Source of the DNA: Bacillota bacterium
GTDB lineage: Bacteria > Bacillota > Dehalobacteriia > UBA4068 > UBA4997
Direction: 5' to 3'
NCBI GenBank assembly: GCA_021769035.1
Contig: JAETTP010000002.1
Span: 7,189 to 71,188, forward strand
Length of the DNA: 64,000 nt
Shown here piece by piece: positions 19,363-29,010 of the stretch. Positions within the stretch are counted from its first letter, which is position 1. Each line of letters opens with the position of its first letter. The notes below the pieces were generated by a model. It was given only the letters and a program-made list of their open reading frames with translations, did no database searches and had not been told where the DNA came from. The translations under genes and the position numbers were made by a program.

Positions 19363-19521
19363 ATGAAAAAATACGTTTGCGAAGTTTGCGGCTGGGTTTA
19401 CGACGAAGCCCTGGGCGACCCGGAGCACGGCATCGCCCCCGGCACCAAATTTGAGGATCTGCCGGCTGATTTTGAATGCCCGCTGTGCGGCGTTGGCAAA
19501 GACCAGTTTAGCGAAGAATAA
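19363..19521 (+). CDS. rubredoxin
   Basis: CEVCGW ... CPLCG, two CxxC pairs in 52 aa. ATG at 19363, located by hand inside the longer ORF-track frame. Confidence 0.85.
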   Translation: MKKYVCEVCGWVYDEALGDPEHGIAPGTKFEDLPADFECPLCGVGKDQFSEE

Positions 19522-19530
19522 AGAATAAGA

Positions 19531-19578
19531 CAAAGGCCCCGCTTCTGCATAATCCAGAGGCGGGGCCTTATATTTGTG
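19531..19578. terminator. bidirectional intrinsic terminator
   Basis: Stem AAGGCCCCGC/GCGGGGCCTT with T-runs on both flanks, between convergent genes. Confidence 0.6.
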
Positions 19579-19604
19579 AACGCATATTTGCAAAGAGCTA
19601 TTGA

Positions 19605-20999
19605 CTACATAGAAATCCAACCCAACACGTTGGCAATGGAGCTCAGCAGCACAACCAAAATGAAAACCGGGGCCAAATACTTCATAAAAAAGCCATACAA
19701 CCGCTTGCCCCTAAAGGCGGAGGACTGCTCCACCTCCTGGGCAATCTTGTCCAGCCCCACCACGCGCGTCACCAGCAGGCAGGTGGCCAGCGCCGCCACC
19801 GGCATCATCAGGGAGTTGGCCAGGAAATCCAGAAAATCCAACACCGTCATACCAAGCAGCGTGAGGCCGGAAAGCACGCCAAAACCCATCGAGGAGGCCG
19901 AACCCAGCAGCAGGATAATCGCCCCCATCAGCAAAATGGCCTTGGTGCGGCTGAGGCCCAGCTGGTCCTCAAAGGTGGAAACGCCGGATTCCGCCAGGGA
20001 AATCGCGCTGGTTAGAGCTGCCATAAACACCAGCAAAAAGAACATCAGCCCGGCGCCGGTGCCAAAGCCCATGCTGGCAAACACCTTGGGAATGGTGATG
20101 AACATCAGCGAGGGCCCGGCGTTTAGGGTTTCCGGCGCGCCGCCGGAAAAGGCGAAAACCGCCGGAATGATCATCAAGCCGGCCAAAATGGCAATGCCGG
20201 TGTCGAAAATACCCACTTGATAGGTAGATTTTTCAATATCCACTTCCTTTTTCATATAGGAACCGTAGGTGTATAAAATGCCCATAGCGATAGACAGAGA
20301 ATAAAACATCTGCCCCATAGCGGCCACCACCGTCATCCAGGAAAAGTTCTCCAGGTTGGGAATCAACAGATATTTCACGCCCTCCATAGCGCCCGGCCGG
20401 GTGACGGCGTAGCCGGCCACAAAAATTGCCAGCAGCACCAACAGCGGCATCATCACCTTGGAAACCCGCTCCACGCCCTGCTTCACGCCGGCCAGCAGCA
20501 CCACCAGCACCGCCAGGCTAAAGAGCACAAACCAAAATTCCGCGCTGGCGCTTTCAGCAATAAAATCCGGGAAGTAATTATCATTGGCCAAAGTGGCCGT
20601 GCTGCCCCGCAGATACTCAAAAAGATACTTGGTCACCCAACCGCCAATCGCACAGTAATAGGACACAATCACCATCGGGATGATGGCGTTCATCCAGCCG
20701 CCAAAGCTGAAAGCCCGGCCACGCCCAAAAGCATGAAAAGCCCCCACCGGGCTGCGCTTGGTCATGCGCCCCAAGGCCGTTTCCGACACAATCAGCGCGT
20801 AGCCGAAAGTCAACATCAAAATCAGATACACCAACAAAAAAATGCCGCCGCCGTATTTGGCCGCCAAATACGGAAAACGCCAAATGTTGCCCAGCCCCAC
20901 AGCGGAGCCGGCCACCGCCAGCACATAGCCCAGCCGACCGGAAAAGCTACTGCGGGGCTTAGCGTTTGGCGGTCTGCCGCCACTTTTTTCTGCTTTCAT
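19605..20999 (-). CDS. sodium-dependent transporter, neurotransmitter:sodium symporter (NSS/SNF) family
   Basis: GLGNIWRFPYL motif and ~11-12 predicted TM helices. Confidence 0.85.
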   Translation of the reverse strand: MKAEKSGGRPPNAKPRSSFSGRLGYVLAVAGSAVGLGNIWRFPYLAAKYGGGIFLLVYLILMLTFGYALIVSETALGRMTKRSPVGAFHAFGRGRAFSFGGWMNAIIPMVIVSYYCAIGGWVTKYLFEYLRGSTATLANDNYFPDFIAESASAEFWFVLFSLAVLVVLLAGVKQGVERVSKVMMPLLVLLAIFVAGYAVTRPGAMEGVKYLLIPNLENFSWMTVVAAMGQMFYSLSIAMGILYTYGSYMKKEVDIEKSTYQVGIFDTGIAILAGLMIIPAVFAFSGGAPETLNAGPSLMFITIPKVFASMGFGTGAGLMFFLLVFMAALTSAISLAESGVSTFEDQLGLSRTKAILLMGAIILLLGSASSMGFGVLSGLTLLGMTVLDFLDFLANSLMMPVAALATCLLVTRVVGLDKIAQEVEQSSAFRGKRLYGFFMKYLAPVFILVVLLSSIANVLGWISM

Positions 21000-21210
21000 T
21001 TTTCAATAACCTCCTCCAGGTGACATCATTCTTTTTATGATAGCACATCTGGCAAGTACAATCAATATTGCTATTGTATATAGAATACATTAATTTGGCT
21101 GCCATAAATACTACATTTCAGCCTAAACTGTCCGTTTTATATTTTTAGCCGTTATGTTAAAATTAATAATAGCTACAAAAACTATTTATAACAGAAAGGG
21201 TGGGGTTGAA

Positions 21211-21654
21211 ATGGGTAAGGATTTATTTTACGGTACTATTGAACATTCCGGCTTTGCGGTTCCGGATCTTGAGGCGGCCATTCGGTTTTTTACGGAGGTT
21301 TTGGGTTTTAAGCTGCTGTTTCAGGCGGAGCCTCAGCAAAAGGACGACGACAGCCTGCGCGATTACTTTGGGGTGCACCCGCGTTCCGTCGCTTACGGCG
21401 CTTTTTTGGAGTACGGCGGCAAAAAGATTGAACTGGTGCAGTGGGATTCCCCGGACAATCGGGAAATTGCCTTAAAACCCAGCGAGGCCGGCTGCGCACA
21501 CTTGGCGATTACGGTTAAGGATTTGCAGGCGGCCGCGGCCTATCTGGCCCAGCAGCCGGGCGTTAGGGTGCGGGCCTTTTGCCCGCTGGGCTTTGTTTAC
21601 GCCGTAACCCCCTGGGGAATGGAAATTCAGCTGCTGGAAAAAATCGAGTTTTAG
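21211..21654 (+). CDS. VOC-family (glyoxalase/bleomycin-resistance fold) protein
   Basis: Paired beta-alpha-beta-beta-beta modules (HSGFAVPDLEAAIRFFTEVLGF). ATG 21211 follows GGGTGGGG. Confidence 0.65.
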   Translation: MGKDLFYGTIEHSGFAVPDLEAAIRFFTEVLGFKLLFQAEPQQKDDDSLRDYFGVHPRSVAYGAFLEYGGKKIELVQWDSPDNREIALKPSEAGCAHLAITVKDLQAAAAYLAQQPGVRVRAFCPLGFVYAVTPWGMEIQLLEKIEF

Positions 21655-21667
21655 AAAAAATCCTGTT

Positions 21668-22252
21668 TTAAACTTTAAGCCTGCCGGTTGGCAACAGCTG
21701 AGGCAGCTCCTGGGCAATCACAGTTTGCATTGTTTCAGCAATTTCCTCCAGCGCAATAGCCTCGCCGTTGCCGCTGCAGGCAAAAAGGCTCATCAGCCCG
21801 CCGATAATCAGCTCCAGCCTAAGCCGCAGCGTTTTATCCAGGCCGGCAAAGCTGATGCCGGCGGCGGCCGACCAAAGGCGGAGCATTTCATTTTTGAACC
21901 TTTGGGCAAAGCCGGGGTCCCCGTGGGCGCTCAGCAAATAACAAATCTGTTTATATAAAGCCTGATGGGAGGACACAAAGGCGGCGATTTCGTCATAATT
22001 CCGCTCGCCTGTGATGATCTGTACAATCAGGCTGGGCAGCTCCACCGGCAGGCAATGCAGCTCAATCTCCTCCAAAACCGCGTACACGTCGCAGTAGTAA
22101 TAATAAAAGGTTGTTCGGTTGCAACCTGCCAAGGCGACGATTTCCTTAACGCTGATTTTGCCAATCGGCCGGCTTTGATAAAGCGCCCAAAAGGCCTCTT
22201 TAATCCGTTCCTTGGCGTTCGGGCTGGGGCTTTCCCTGCGTGGTCTGGCCAT
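21668..22252 (-). CDS. TetR/AcrR-family transcriptional regulator
   Basis: N-terminal HTH (ISVKEIVALAGCNRTTFYYYY). Divergent from deoC, with an AT-rich intergenic region carrying tandem TGTATATATTATTTT repeats. Confidence 0.7.
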   Translation of the reverse strand: MARPRRESPSPNAKERIKEAFWALYQSRPIGKISVKEIVALAGCNRTTFYYYYCDVYAVLEEIELHCLPVELPSLIVQIITGERNYDEIAAFVSSHQALYKQICYLLSAHGDPGFAQRFKNEMLRLWSAAAGISFAGLDKTLRLRLELIIGGLMSLFACSGNGEAIALEEIAETMQTVIAQELPQLLPTGRLKV

Positions 22253-22466
22253 GGCTTGTTTCCTCCGTTTAATTAAAGCTGTTAATCCAATACAGTGTAG
22301 CATTTTGCGGGGCGGATGGCAAGCCTTTTTGTTGTATATATTATTTTGTATATATTATTTTAATAATAGTAGCTTTTTACCTTGACATTGATAAAAAAAT
22401 TAGTTAAAATATGAAGTAAGAAATATTAACCTAATATTAAGTCGGCAAATGAGGAGGAAAAACGCA

Positions 22467-23120
22467 ATGAAAAACGCAGAAATTTTACGTCATGTGGATC
22501 ACACTCTGCTGCAAGCCGTGGCCACTTGGGATGAAATCAAAACCCTTTGTGATGAAGCCGTGGCCAACCAAACAGCCTCTGTCTGCGTGCCCCCAAGCTA
22601 CATCAAACGCATTGCCGATACATATGGCCCAGCCGTGAACATCTGCACGGTGGTGGGCTTTCCTTTGGGCTATCAAACCACGGCGGCCAAGGTTTGCGAG
22701 GTACAGCAGGCCATTGCCGACGGCGCAAACGAGGTGGATATGGTTATCAACCTGGGCGATGTGAAAAACGGCGAGTTTGACAAGGTGACGTCGGAAATTA
22801 AGGCCCTGAAGCAGGCCGCCGGCAGCCATATCCTTAAAGTGATTATTGAAACCTGTTATTTAACCGAGGCGGAAAAAATTGAGCTGTGCCACTGCGTGAC
22901 GGAGGGTGGCGCGGATTACATCAAAACCTCCACCGGCTTTGGCACGGCCGGCGCCAAAATTGAGGACATCCGCCTGTTTAAGCAGCACATCGGCCCGGCT
23001 GTGAAGATGAAAGCGGCCGGCGGCGTGCGCACCAAGGAGGATTTGGAGCTTTTCCTGGCCGAGGGTTGCGAGCGGATTGGCACCAGCTCCGCCTTGAAAA
23101 TTCTGCAAGCGGCGGATTAA
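22467..23120 (+). CDS. deoC: deoxyribose-phosphate aldolase
   Basis: AGGAGG RBS then ATG 22467. Resembles the DeoC TIM-barrel family, with the Schiff-base lysine context (KMKAAGGVR). Confidence 0.8.
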   Translation: MKNAEILRHVDHTLLQAVATWDEIKTLCDEAVANQTASVCVPPSYIKRIADTYGPAVNICTVVGFPLGYQTTAAKVCEVQQAIADGANEVDMVINLGDVKNGEFDKVTSEIKALKQAAGSHILKVIIETCYLTEAEKIELCHCVTEGGADYIKTSTGFGTAGAKIEDIRLFKQHIGPAVKMKAAGGVRTKEDLELFLAEGCERIGTSSALKILQAAD

Positions 23121-23196
23121 CCCACCACCAAATGCAATGTAAACGCTCTCTGCACGCGTTTCATTAATATTATTTTGTAACAGGAGGATTTGCAAA

Positions 23197-24246
23197 ATAA
23201 AGAAAAAGTTTTTAGCGATACTTTGTATCGCGGCGCTGGCGCTGGTTGGCCTGGCAGGCTGCGGCGGCGACAGCGGCACAACCCAACAAGGCAACGCCGG
23301 TAATCAGGACGGCGCGGCCACCGGCGGCACTGTAATCATTTACAGCCCGCTGACTCAGTCTATGATCGACTCTATGTGCACCCAGTTTGAAGCAGATACC
23401 GGCATCCACGCCGAATGCTTGGCCATGGGCACCGGCGATGCTCTGAAGCGTATTGAAACCGAGGTTGACAATCCGCAGGCCGACATTTTGTGGTCCGGCA
23501 CTATCGGCACAGTTAAAAACCGTAGCGAGTTCTTTGCGGATTACACCTGCGCCAATGAAGAATTCTTCTTTGACGAGTACAAAAACGTGGAAGGCAACCT
23601 GACCCGTTTCGATACCATTCCCTCCGTTATCATGGTCAACACCGATCTGATTGGCGACATTGAAATCAACGGCTATGAGGACCTGCTGAACCCGGAACTA
23701 AAAGGCAAAATCGCTTTCTGCGACCCGGCGGCTTCTTCCTCCGCTTTTGAGCACCTGGTGAACATGCTGTACGCCATGGGCGGCGGCGACACCCCTGAGG
23801 GCTGGGATTATGTAACCAAGTTCTGCGAGCAGCTGGATGGCAAGCTGCTGAGCGGTTCCTCCGCGGTTTATAAGGGCGTTGCCGACGGCGAATACACCGT
23901 GGGCCTCACCTTTGAGCAAGGCTCTGCCCAGTATGTGGGCGCTGGCGCTCCGGTTAAAACCGTTTATATGGAAGAGGGCGTTATCTTCCGTGGCGACGGC
24001 GTTTACATCATCAAGAACTGCCCCAACGAGGAAAATGCCCGCGCTTTTGTTGATTGGCTGACCAGCAAGGACGTTCAGGAAATGATGAACAACACCCAGT
24101 ATCGCCGCACTATCCGCACCGACGTGCCGGCTGGCGATGCAATGGTTCCGATGGATCAAATCAACGTGATTACTGACGATGAGGCCAACACGGCGGCTCA
24201 CAAGTCTGAATGGCTGGATAAATTTAAGGATATTTTCACCCAGTAG
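23197..24246 (+). CDS. ABC transporter substrate-binding lipoprotein (Fe(3+)/polyamine-type family); start codon non-canonical or miscalled
   Basis: The in-frame upstream extension encodes a lipoprotein signal KKKFLAILCIAALALVGLAGC after AGGAGG (23183-23188). No ATG/GTG/TTG is in frame there. The first ATG is at 23362, downstream of the signal peptide. Confidence 0.55.
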   Translation: MKKKFLAILCIAALALVGLAGCGGDSGTTQQGNAGNQDGAATGGTVIIYSPLTQSMIDSMCTQFEADTGIHAECLAMGTGDALKRIETEVDNPQADILWSGTIGTVKNRSEFFADYTCANEEFFFDEYKNVEGNLTRFDTIPSVIMVNTDLIGDIEINGYEDLLNPELKGKIAFCDPAASSSAFEHLVNMLYAMGGGDTPEGWDYVTKFCEQLDGKLLSGSSAVYKGVADGEYTVGLTFEQGSAQYVGAGAPVKTVYMEEGVIFRGDGVYIIKNCPNEENARAFVDWLTSKDVQEMMNNTQYRRTIRTDVPAGDAMVPMDQINVITDDEANTAAHKSEWLDKFKDIFTQ

Positions 24247-24382
24247 TCTAAGTAATCTAAACTGATAAAAAACAAAGGGAAGCCTGGTAGAAGAACCGCT
24301 CCAAGGGACGGCAGCTTTCTGCCGGGCTTCCTTTCCCTTTTTTGGCAGTTTGGAAATAGAGAAAGATTAAGAGGATAGAAAA

Positions 24383-25507
24383 ATGAGCGTATCAATCAAC
24401 ATTGACCACACGGTTAAAAAATATGGCGATTTAACCATTATTCCAGACCTTTCCGCCAATATCAAGAACGGGGAGTTTTTCACTCTGCTGGGCCCCTCCG
24501 GTTGCGGCAAAACCACCCTGCTGCGCATGATTGCCGGTTTTAACAGCATTGAGGGCGGCACCATCAGCTTTGACGAGCAGGTGATTAACGATATTCCCGC
24601 CCAAAAGCGCAACATTGGTATGGTTTTCCAAAGCTATGCCATTTTCCCCCACCTCACCGTGCGCCAAAATGTGGAATACGGCCTGAAGCTGCGCAAAATC
24701 CCCAAAGCGGAAATGAAGCAGCGCGTGGACGATATTTTGCGGGTGGTGCGGATTGAGGAATATCAGGACCGCCTGCCCGACCGCCTTTCCGGCGGCCAGC
24801 AGCAGCGCGTGGCCCTGGCCCGCGCCATTGTAATCCACCCTCAGGTACTGCTGATGGACGAACCCCTTTCCAACCTGGACGCCAAGCTGCGGATTGAAAT
24901 GCGCAGCGCTATCCGCGACGTGCAAAAGCAGGTTGGTATCACCACGGTTTACGTCACGCACGACCAGGAGGAGGCTCTGGCTATCTCCGACCGCATTGCC
25001 GTGATGAAGCTGGGCGTTATTCAGCAAATCGGCTCGCCCCACAGCATCTACAGCCGGCCCTACAACGCTTTTGTTTCCACTTTCATCGGCCATTCCAACC
25101 TGTTCTACGCCACGGTGAAAAAATCCGGCGCAGATACACGGCTGGTGTTCAACAACGGCTATGAAATTGAGATGAAAAACCTGCTGCCCAGCGTGACCGA
25201 CGGCCAAAAATGCGTGGTTTCCGTGCGGCCGGAGGAGTTTTCGCTGAACGATAGCGGCATGGAGTGCGAGGTTATCAACCGCACTTTCCTGGGCAAATAT
25301 ACCAATTACTTCCTGCAATTTGCCGACGGCGTAGTGATTGAGGACCAGCCCAGCATTGAGTACTCCCAGGATTTAGGCCACGTGGACACAATTATCGACA
25401 CCGGCACCAAAATCCGCCTGCGCCCCAACCCCAACAAGATAAACGTCTTCTCCGAGGATATGGAGCAGAGCCTGATTAGGGATGTGAAACGCTATGACGA
25501 AATTTAA
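24383..25507 (+). CDS. ABC transporter ATP-binding protein with C-terminal TOBE domain (FbpC/PotA-like)
   Basis: Walker A GPSGCGKTT, signature LSGGQQQRV, Walker B LLMDEPLSNLD and a C-terminal TOBE-like domain. Confidence 0.85.
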   Translation: MSVSINIDHTVKKYGDLTIIPDLSANIKNGEFFTLLGPSGCGKTTLLRMIAGFNSIEGGTISFDEQVINDIPAQKRNIGMVFQSYAIFPHLTVRQNVEYGLKLRKIPKAEMKQRVDDILRVVRIEEYQDRLPDRLSGGQQQRVALARAIVIHPQVLLMDEPLSNLDAKLRIEMRSAIRDVQKQVGITTVYVTHDQEEALAISDRIAVMKLGVIQQIGSPHSIYSRPYNAFVSTFIGHSNLFYATVKKSGADTRLVFNNGYEIEMKNLLPSVTDGQKCVVSVRPEEFSLNDSGMECEVINRTFLGKYTNYFLQFADGVVIEDQPSIEYSQDLGHVDTIIDTGTKIRLRPNPNKINVFSEDMEQSLIRDVKRYDEI

Positions 25508-27146
25508 GATTAAATGGGATTTTTGGACCATCATCACAGTGGCCATCATCGCCCTGTTTATGCTGTTCCTGATATATCCCCTGCTCAGCCTGTTTTTAAG
25601 CGGCTTTAAGGAAACCGGTTCCGATGCTTGGACAATCGAGAACTACACCAAATTCTTCTCCCGCAAATATTACACGGAAGCCCTGCTGAACTCCTTTAAG
25701 TTGACGGCCTGCGTAACGGTTGTGGCCATTATGCTGGGTGTTCCGTTGGCCTATTTTATGTCTTTTTACAAAATCAAGGGCAAAGGTTTGCTGGAAATTC
25801 TTTTCATCATCTCTATGATGAGCCCCAACTTCATCGGCGCCTACTCCTGGATTTTGCTGCTGGGACGTAGCGGCAGCGTCACCCAGTTTTTGAAGGGCCT
25901 GGGCATCGACACGCCCTCCATCTACGGCTTTGGCGGCATGCTGTTGGTGTTTGCCCTGAAGCTTTACCCATTCATTTATATGTATGTTTCCGGCGCGCTA
26001 AAGAAGATTGACGTGGCCCTTTCCGAAGCGGCGGAAAGCCTTGGTTGCAGCGGCCTGCGCAAGGTTTTCACCGTGATTATGCCGTTGGTGACTCCCACCC
26101 TGGTGGCAGCCGCCCTGCTGGTGTTTATGAACTGTATGGCCGATTTCGGCACGCCGGCCCTGATTGGCGAGGGCTATCGGGTTATGCCCACCCTGGTTTA
26201 TGCCGAATTTGTGGGCGAATCCGGCGGCTCGGCCAACTTTGCCGCCTGTATGGCTACTATTATGGTGATAATCACCGCGGCCATTTTCTTGCTGCAAAAG
26301 TGGTATGTCAACACCAAATCATTCACCATGAGCTCTATGCGGCCCATTCAGCCCAAATCGGTGAGCGGCTTTAAAGGCTTTTTCATTCACCTGTATATTT
26401 ACCTGTTGGCCGGCCTGTCTATTATTCCGCAGTGCATGGTAATTTACACCTCTTTCCGGGCCACTCATTTGCAGGTGTTTGTGGACGGCTTCTCCCTGGA
26501 AAGCTACCGCAAGGTGTTTTCCACCGCCATTCAGTCCATCACCAACACCTATCTGTACTGCCTGATAGCCATTCTGGTTATCGTGGTTTTGGGTATGCTC
26601 ATCGCTTACCTGGCCGTGCGTCGCAAAAGCTGGCTTACCAACCTGATTGACACCATTGCGATGTTCCCTTACATCGTGCCTGGCTCCGTGCTTGGTATCA
26701 CTCTGCTGGTGGCTTTCAATCATCAGCCGCTGATGCTGGCCGGTAGCGCCTTGATTTTGATTATCTCGCTGGTAATCCGCCGTATGGCCTACACCCTGCG
26801 CTCCAGCTCGGCTATTCTCTATCAGATTAGCCCCAGTATGGAGGAGGCCGCCATCAGCCTGGGCGATTCGCAGCCCAAGGCCTTTGCCAAAGTGACGGCC
26901 AAGATGATGCTGCCCGGCGTGGCCTCCGGCGCAATCCTCAGCTGGATTACCCTGATTAATGAGTTGAGCTCCTCGGTTATGCTTTACACAGCCCGCACCC
27001 GCACCATGTCGGTGGCAATTTACAATGAGGTTATCCGCGCCAGCTACGGCACCGCCGCAGCCCTGGCCACTATCCTAACCATTACCACTGTAATCTCGTT
27101 GCTGATATTCTTCAAGGTTTCCGGCAGCAAGGACGTGACGATGTAA
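25494..27146 (+). CDS. ABC transporter permease, duplicated-domain type (FbpB/SfuB-like)
   Basis: 550 aa with two BPD_transp_1-like halves. It overlaps the upstream ATPase gene by 14 nt. Confidence 0.8.
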   Translation: MTKFKIKWDFWTIITVAIIALFMLFLIYPLLSLFLSGFKETGSDAWTIENYTKFFSRKYYTEALLNSFKLTACVTVVAIMLGVPLAYFMSFYKIKGKGLLEILFIISMMSPNFIGAYSWILLLGRSGSVTQFLKGLGIDTPSIYGFGGMLLVFALKLYPFIYMYVSGALKKIDVALSEAAESLGCSGLRKVFTVIMPLVTPTLVAAALLVFMNCMADFGTPALIGEGYRVMPTLVYAEFVGESGGSANFAACMATIMVIITAAIFLLQKWYVNTKSFTMSSMRPIQPKSVSGFKGFFIHLYIYLLAGLSIIPQCMVIYTSFRATHLQVFVDGFSLESYRKVFSTAIQSITNTYLYCLIAILVIVVLGMLIAYLAVRRKSWLTNLIDTIAMFPYIVPGSVLGITLLVAFNHQPLMLAGSALILIISLVIRRMAYTLRSSSAILYQISPSMEEAAISLGDSQPKAFAKVTAKMMLPGVASGAILSWITLINELSSSVMLYTARTRTMSVAIYNEVIRASYGTAAALATILTITTVISLLIFFKVSGSKDVTM

Positions 27147-27166
27147 CAAAAACCATTTATAACCGC

Positions 27167-27206
27167 AAATACCTCTCCGAAATCCTTCAGAGAGGTATTT
27201 GTTTTG
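27167..27206 (+). terminator. intrinsic terminator of the ABC importer operon
   Basis: Stem AATACCTCTC/GAGAGGTATT followed by TGTTTT. Confidence 0.55.
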
Positions 27207-27224
27207 CAACAATTAGCGCACATA

Positions 27225-27262
27225 AAAGCCCCCTCCGAAAGTTATCCAGAGGGGGCTTTTGC
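27225..27262. terminator. bidirectional terminator (serves rlmH on the minus strand)
   Basis: Stem GCCCCCTC/GAGGGGGC with T-runs on both sides. Confidence 0.55.
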
Positions 27263-27272
27263 TATCTATATT

Positions 27273-27752
27273 TTATTTATGATATGGCTCATTTCGATTA
27301 ATCTTCACAGAGCGATAAATCTGCTCGCAAAGGATAAGGCGCATTAACTGGTGCGGAAAAGTGGCCGGGCCAAAGGAAAGCTGAAAATCCGCCCGCTGCA
27401 AAACTGCCGGGGCCAGCCCATAGCTGCCACCGATGACGAAAACCAGCTCCCGGCGGCCACTGGCCGACCACTCCGCCAGCTTGGCCGCCAACTCCGGGCT
27501 GGCCAGCTGCCGGCCTTTAATAGCCAAAGCCACCACCAGAGCCTCAGGAGAAAGCTGGGCCAAAAGCTTTTGCCCCTCCTGCTCCACCAGCTGGGCAATC
27601 TGCGCCGCAGAGGCGTTGTTGGGGGCCGGCAGGTCCTTAACCTCCTGCACAGTCACCGGAAACACCGGCCGCAGGCGCTTCAAATATTCGTTAATCCCGG
27701 CTGTAAAGTAGGCCTCCTTAATGCTACCCACCGCTAAAATACGGCATTGCAT
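27273..27752 (-). CDS. rlmH: 23S rRNA (pseudouridine1915-N3)-methyltransferase RlmH
   Basis: 159-aa SPOUT-family protein with a typical RlmH N-terminus (MQCRILAVGSIKE...). Confidence 0.85.
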   Translation of the reverse strand: MQCRILAVGSIKEAYFTAGINEYLKRLRPVFPVTVQEVKDLPAPNNASAAQIAQLVEQEGQKLLAQLSPEALVVALAIKGRQLASPELAAKLAEWSASGRRELVFVIGGSYGLAPAVLQRADFQLSFGPATFPHQLMRLILCEQIYRSVKINRNEPYHK

Positions 27753-28969
27753 CAGTCCGCCAACTCCTGCAAGGTCACTTCAAAATCCAGATTTTCCTCG
27801 CCGCGCACCACCGTCACCTTAACAGTGTCGCCAATTTGGTGTTCAAAAATGGCCGTTTGCAACTCCGAAAAAGTTTCAATTTTCTTTTCGTCCAAGGCCA
27901 CAATAATATCGTAAACCTGCAAGCCAGCCTGCTCCGCATTACTGCCCTGGCTGGGCTCAATCATCACACCGTAATCCACGGAAAGCTCGTTGTAGTAGGC
28001 CAGCTGCGGGGTCACGTTGCAGATAATGCCCACGCCCAGGGCCGGGCGCACCACCTTGCCCTCCTTAATCAGCTGCTGGCAAATCTCCAGTACATCATTG
28101 CTGGGGATAGCAAAGCCCATACCCTCGTAGCCGGTCATACCAATCTTAATCGTGTTAATACCAATAACCTCGCCCTTGGCATTGCAAAGCGCGCCGCCGC
28201 TGTTGCCGGGGTTGATAGCCGCGTCCGTCTGCACCACCTTGAGCACCGTGCCGTCCGAGGTGGAAACAGAGCGGTCCAGGCCACTGATTACCCCCTGCGT
28301 CAGGGAATTGGTGAAATTCTCGCCGCCGGGGTTGCCGATAGCAATGGCCACTTCGCCCACCACCAGCTTGTCAGAATCGCCAAAGGTGGCCACCGTCAGC
28401 TCCTCGTTAGGCTCAATCTTAATCACCGCCAAATCACTGCGCTCATCTCGGCCAACCACCTCGGCCAAATAGGAATTGCCGTTGTAGAGGGTCACGCTCA
28501 GGCGTTCTGCCCCGGAAACCACGTGATTGTTGGTGATAATGTAACCGTCGTCGGAATAGATAACGCCGCTGCCCGTGCTGACAACCATCTCCGTAGTTTG
28601 CGAACTGCGCGAGCTGTACCAGCTATTGAAGCTGAACGCCCGCACGTTTTGAATATTGCTAATGAACACCACCGCTGGCGATACATTTTGCCCCACGGCT
28701 ATGGTAGCCTCGTCGCTGCGGCCTTGAGTCAGGGCGGTGCTGTTCAGATTCAATAGCGGCGTTTCCGCATTGACTGGCTGATCGCCCGGAACATTGCTCA
28801 CCGTCGGCCCTGCCTGAGCCAGCTGTTGGCTGCAAACCGCCCAGGAAACGCCGGCGCTGACCACTGCGCAAATCAAGCAGGCCAAAACCAGCGTCAAAAA
28901 ACCGCCGCCGCGCCGTTTAGATTTAGACGCGGAACCTTTGCCATCAAAATCCGCCAAATAATTGTCCAT
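27752..28969 (-). CDS. HtrA/DegP-family trypsin-like serine protease with PDZ domain
   Basis: TM anchor, catalytic triad context (TNNHV...D...GNSGGAL) and a C-terminal PDZ domain. Confidence 0.85.
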   Translation of the reverse strand: MDNYLADFDGKGSASKSKRRGGGFLTLVLACLICAVVSAGVSWAVCSQQLAQAGPTVSNVPGDQPVNAETPLLNLNSTALTQGRSDEATIAVGQNVSPAVVFISNIQNVRAFSFNSWYSSRSSQTTEMVVSTGSGVIYSDDGYIITNNHVVSGAERLSVTLYNGNSYLAEVVGRDERSDLAVIKIEPNEELTVATFGDSDKLVVGEVAIAIGNPGGENFTNSLTQGVISGLDRSVSTSDGTVLKVVQTDAAINPGNSGGALCNAKGEVIGINTIKIGMTGYEGMGFAIPSNDVLEICQQLIKEGKVVRPALGVGIICNVTPQLAYYNELSVDYGVMIEPSQGSNAEQAGLQVYDIIVALDEKKIETFSELQTAIFEHQIGDTVKVTVVRGEENLDFEVTLQELAD

Positions 28970-29010
28970 TCAAAACACTCCTTTTATTAAGCTTAATTTA
29001 AGAGCAGCCC

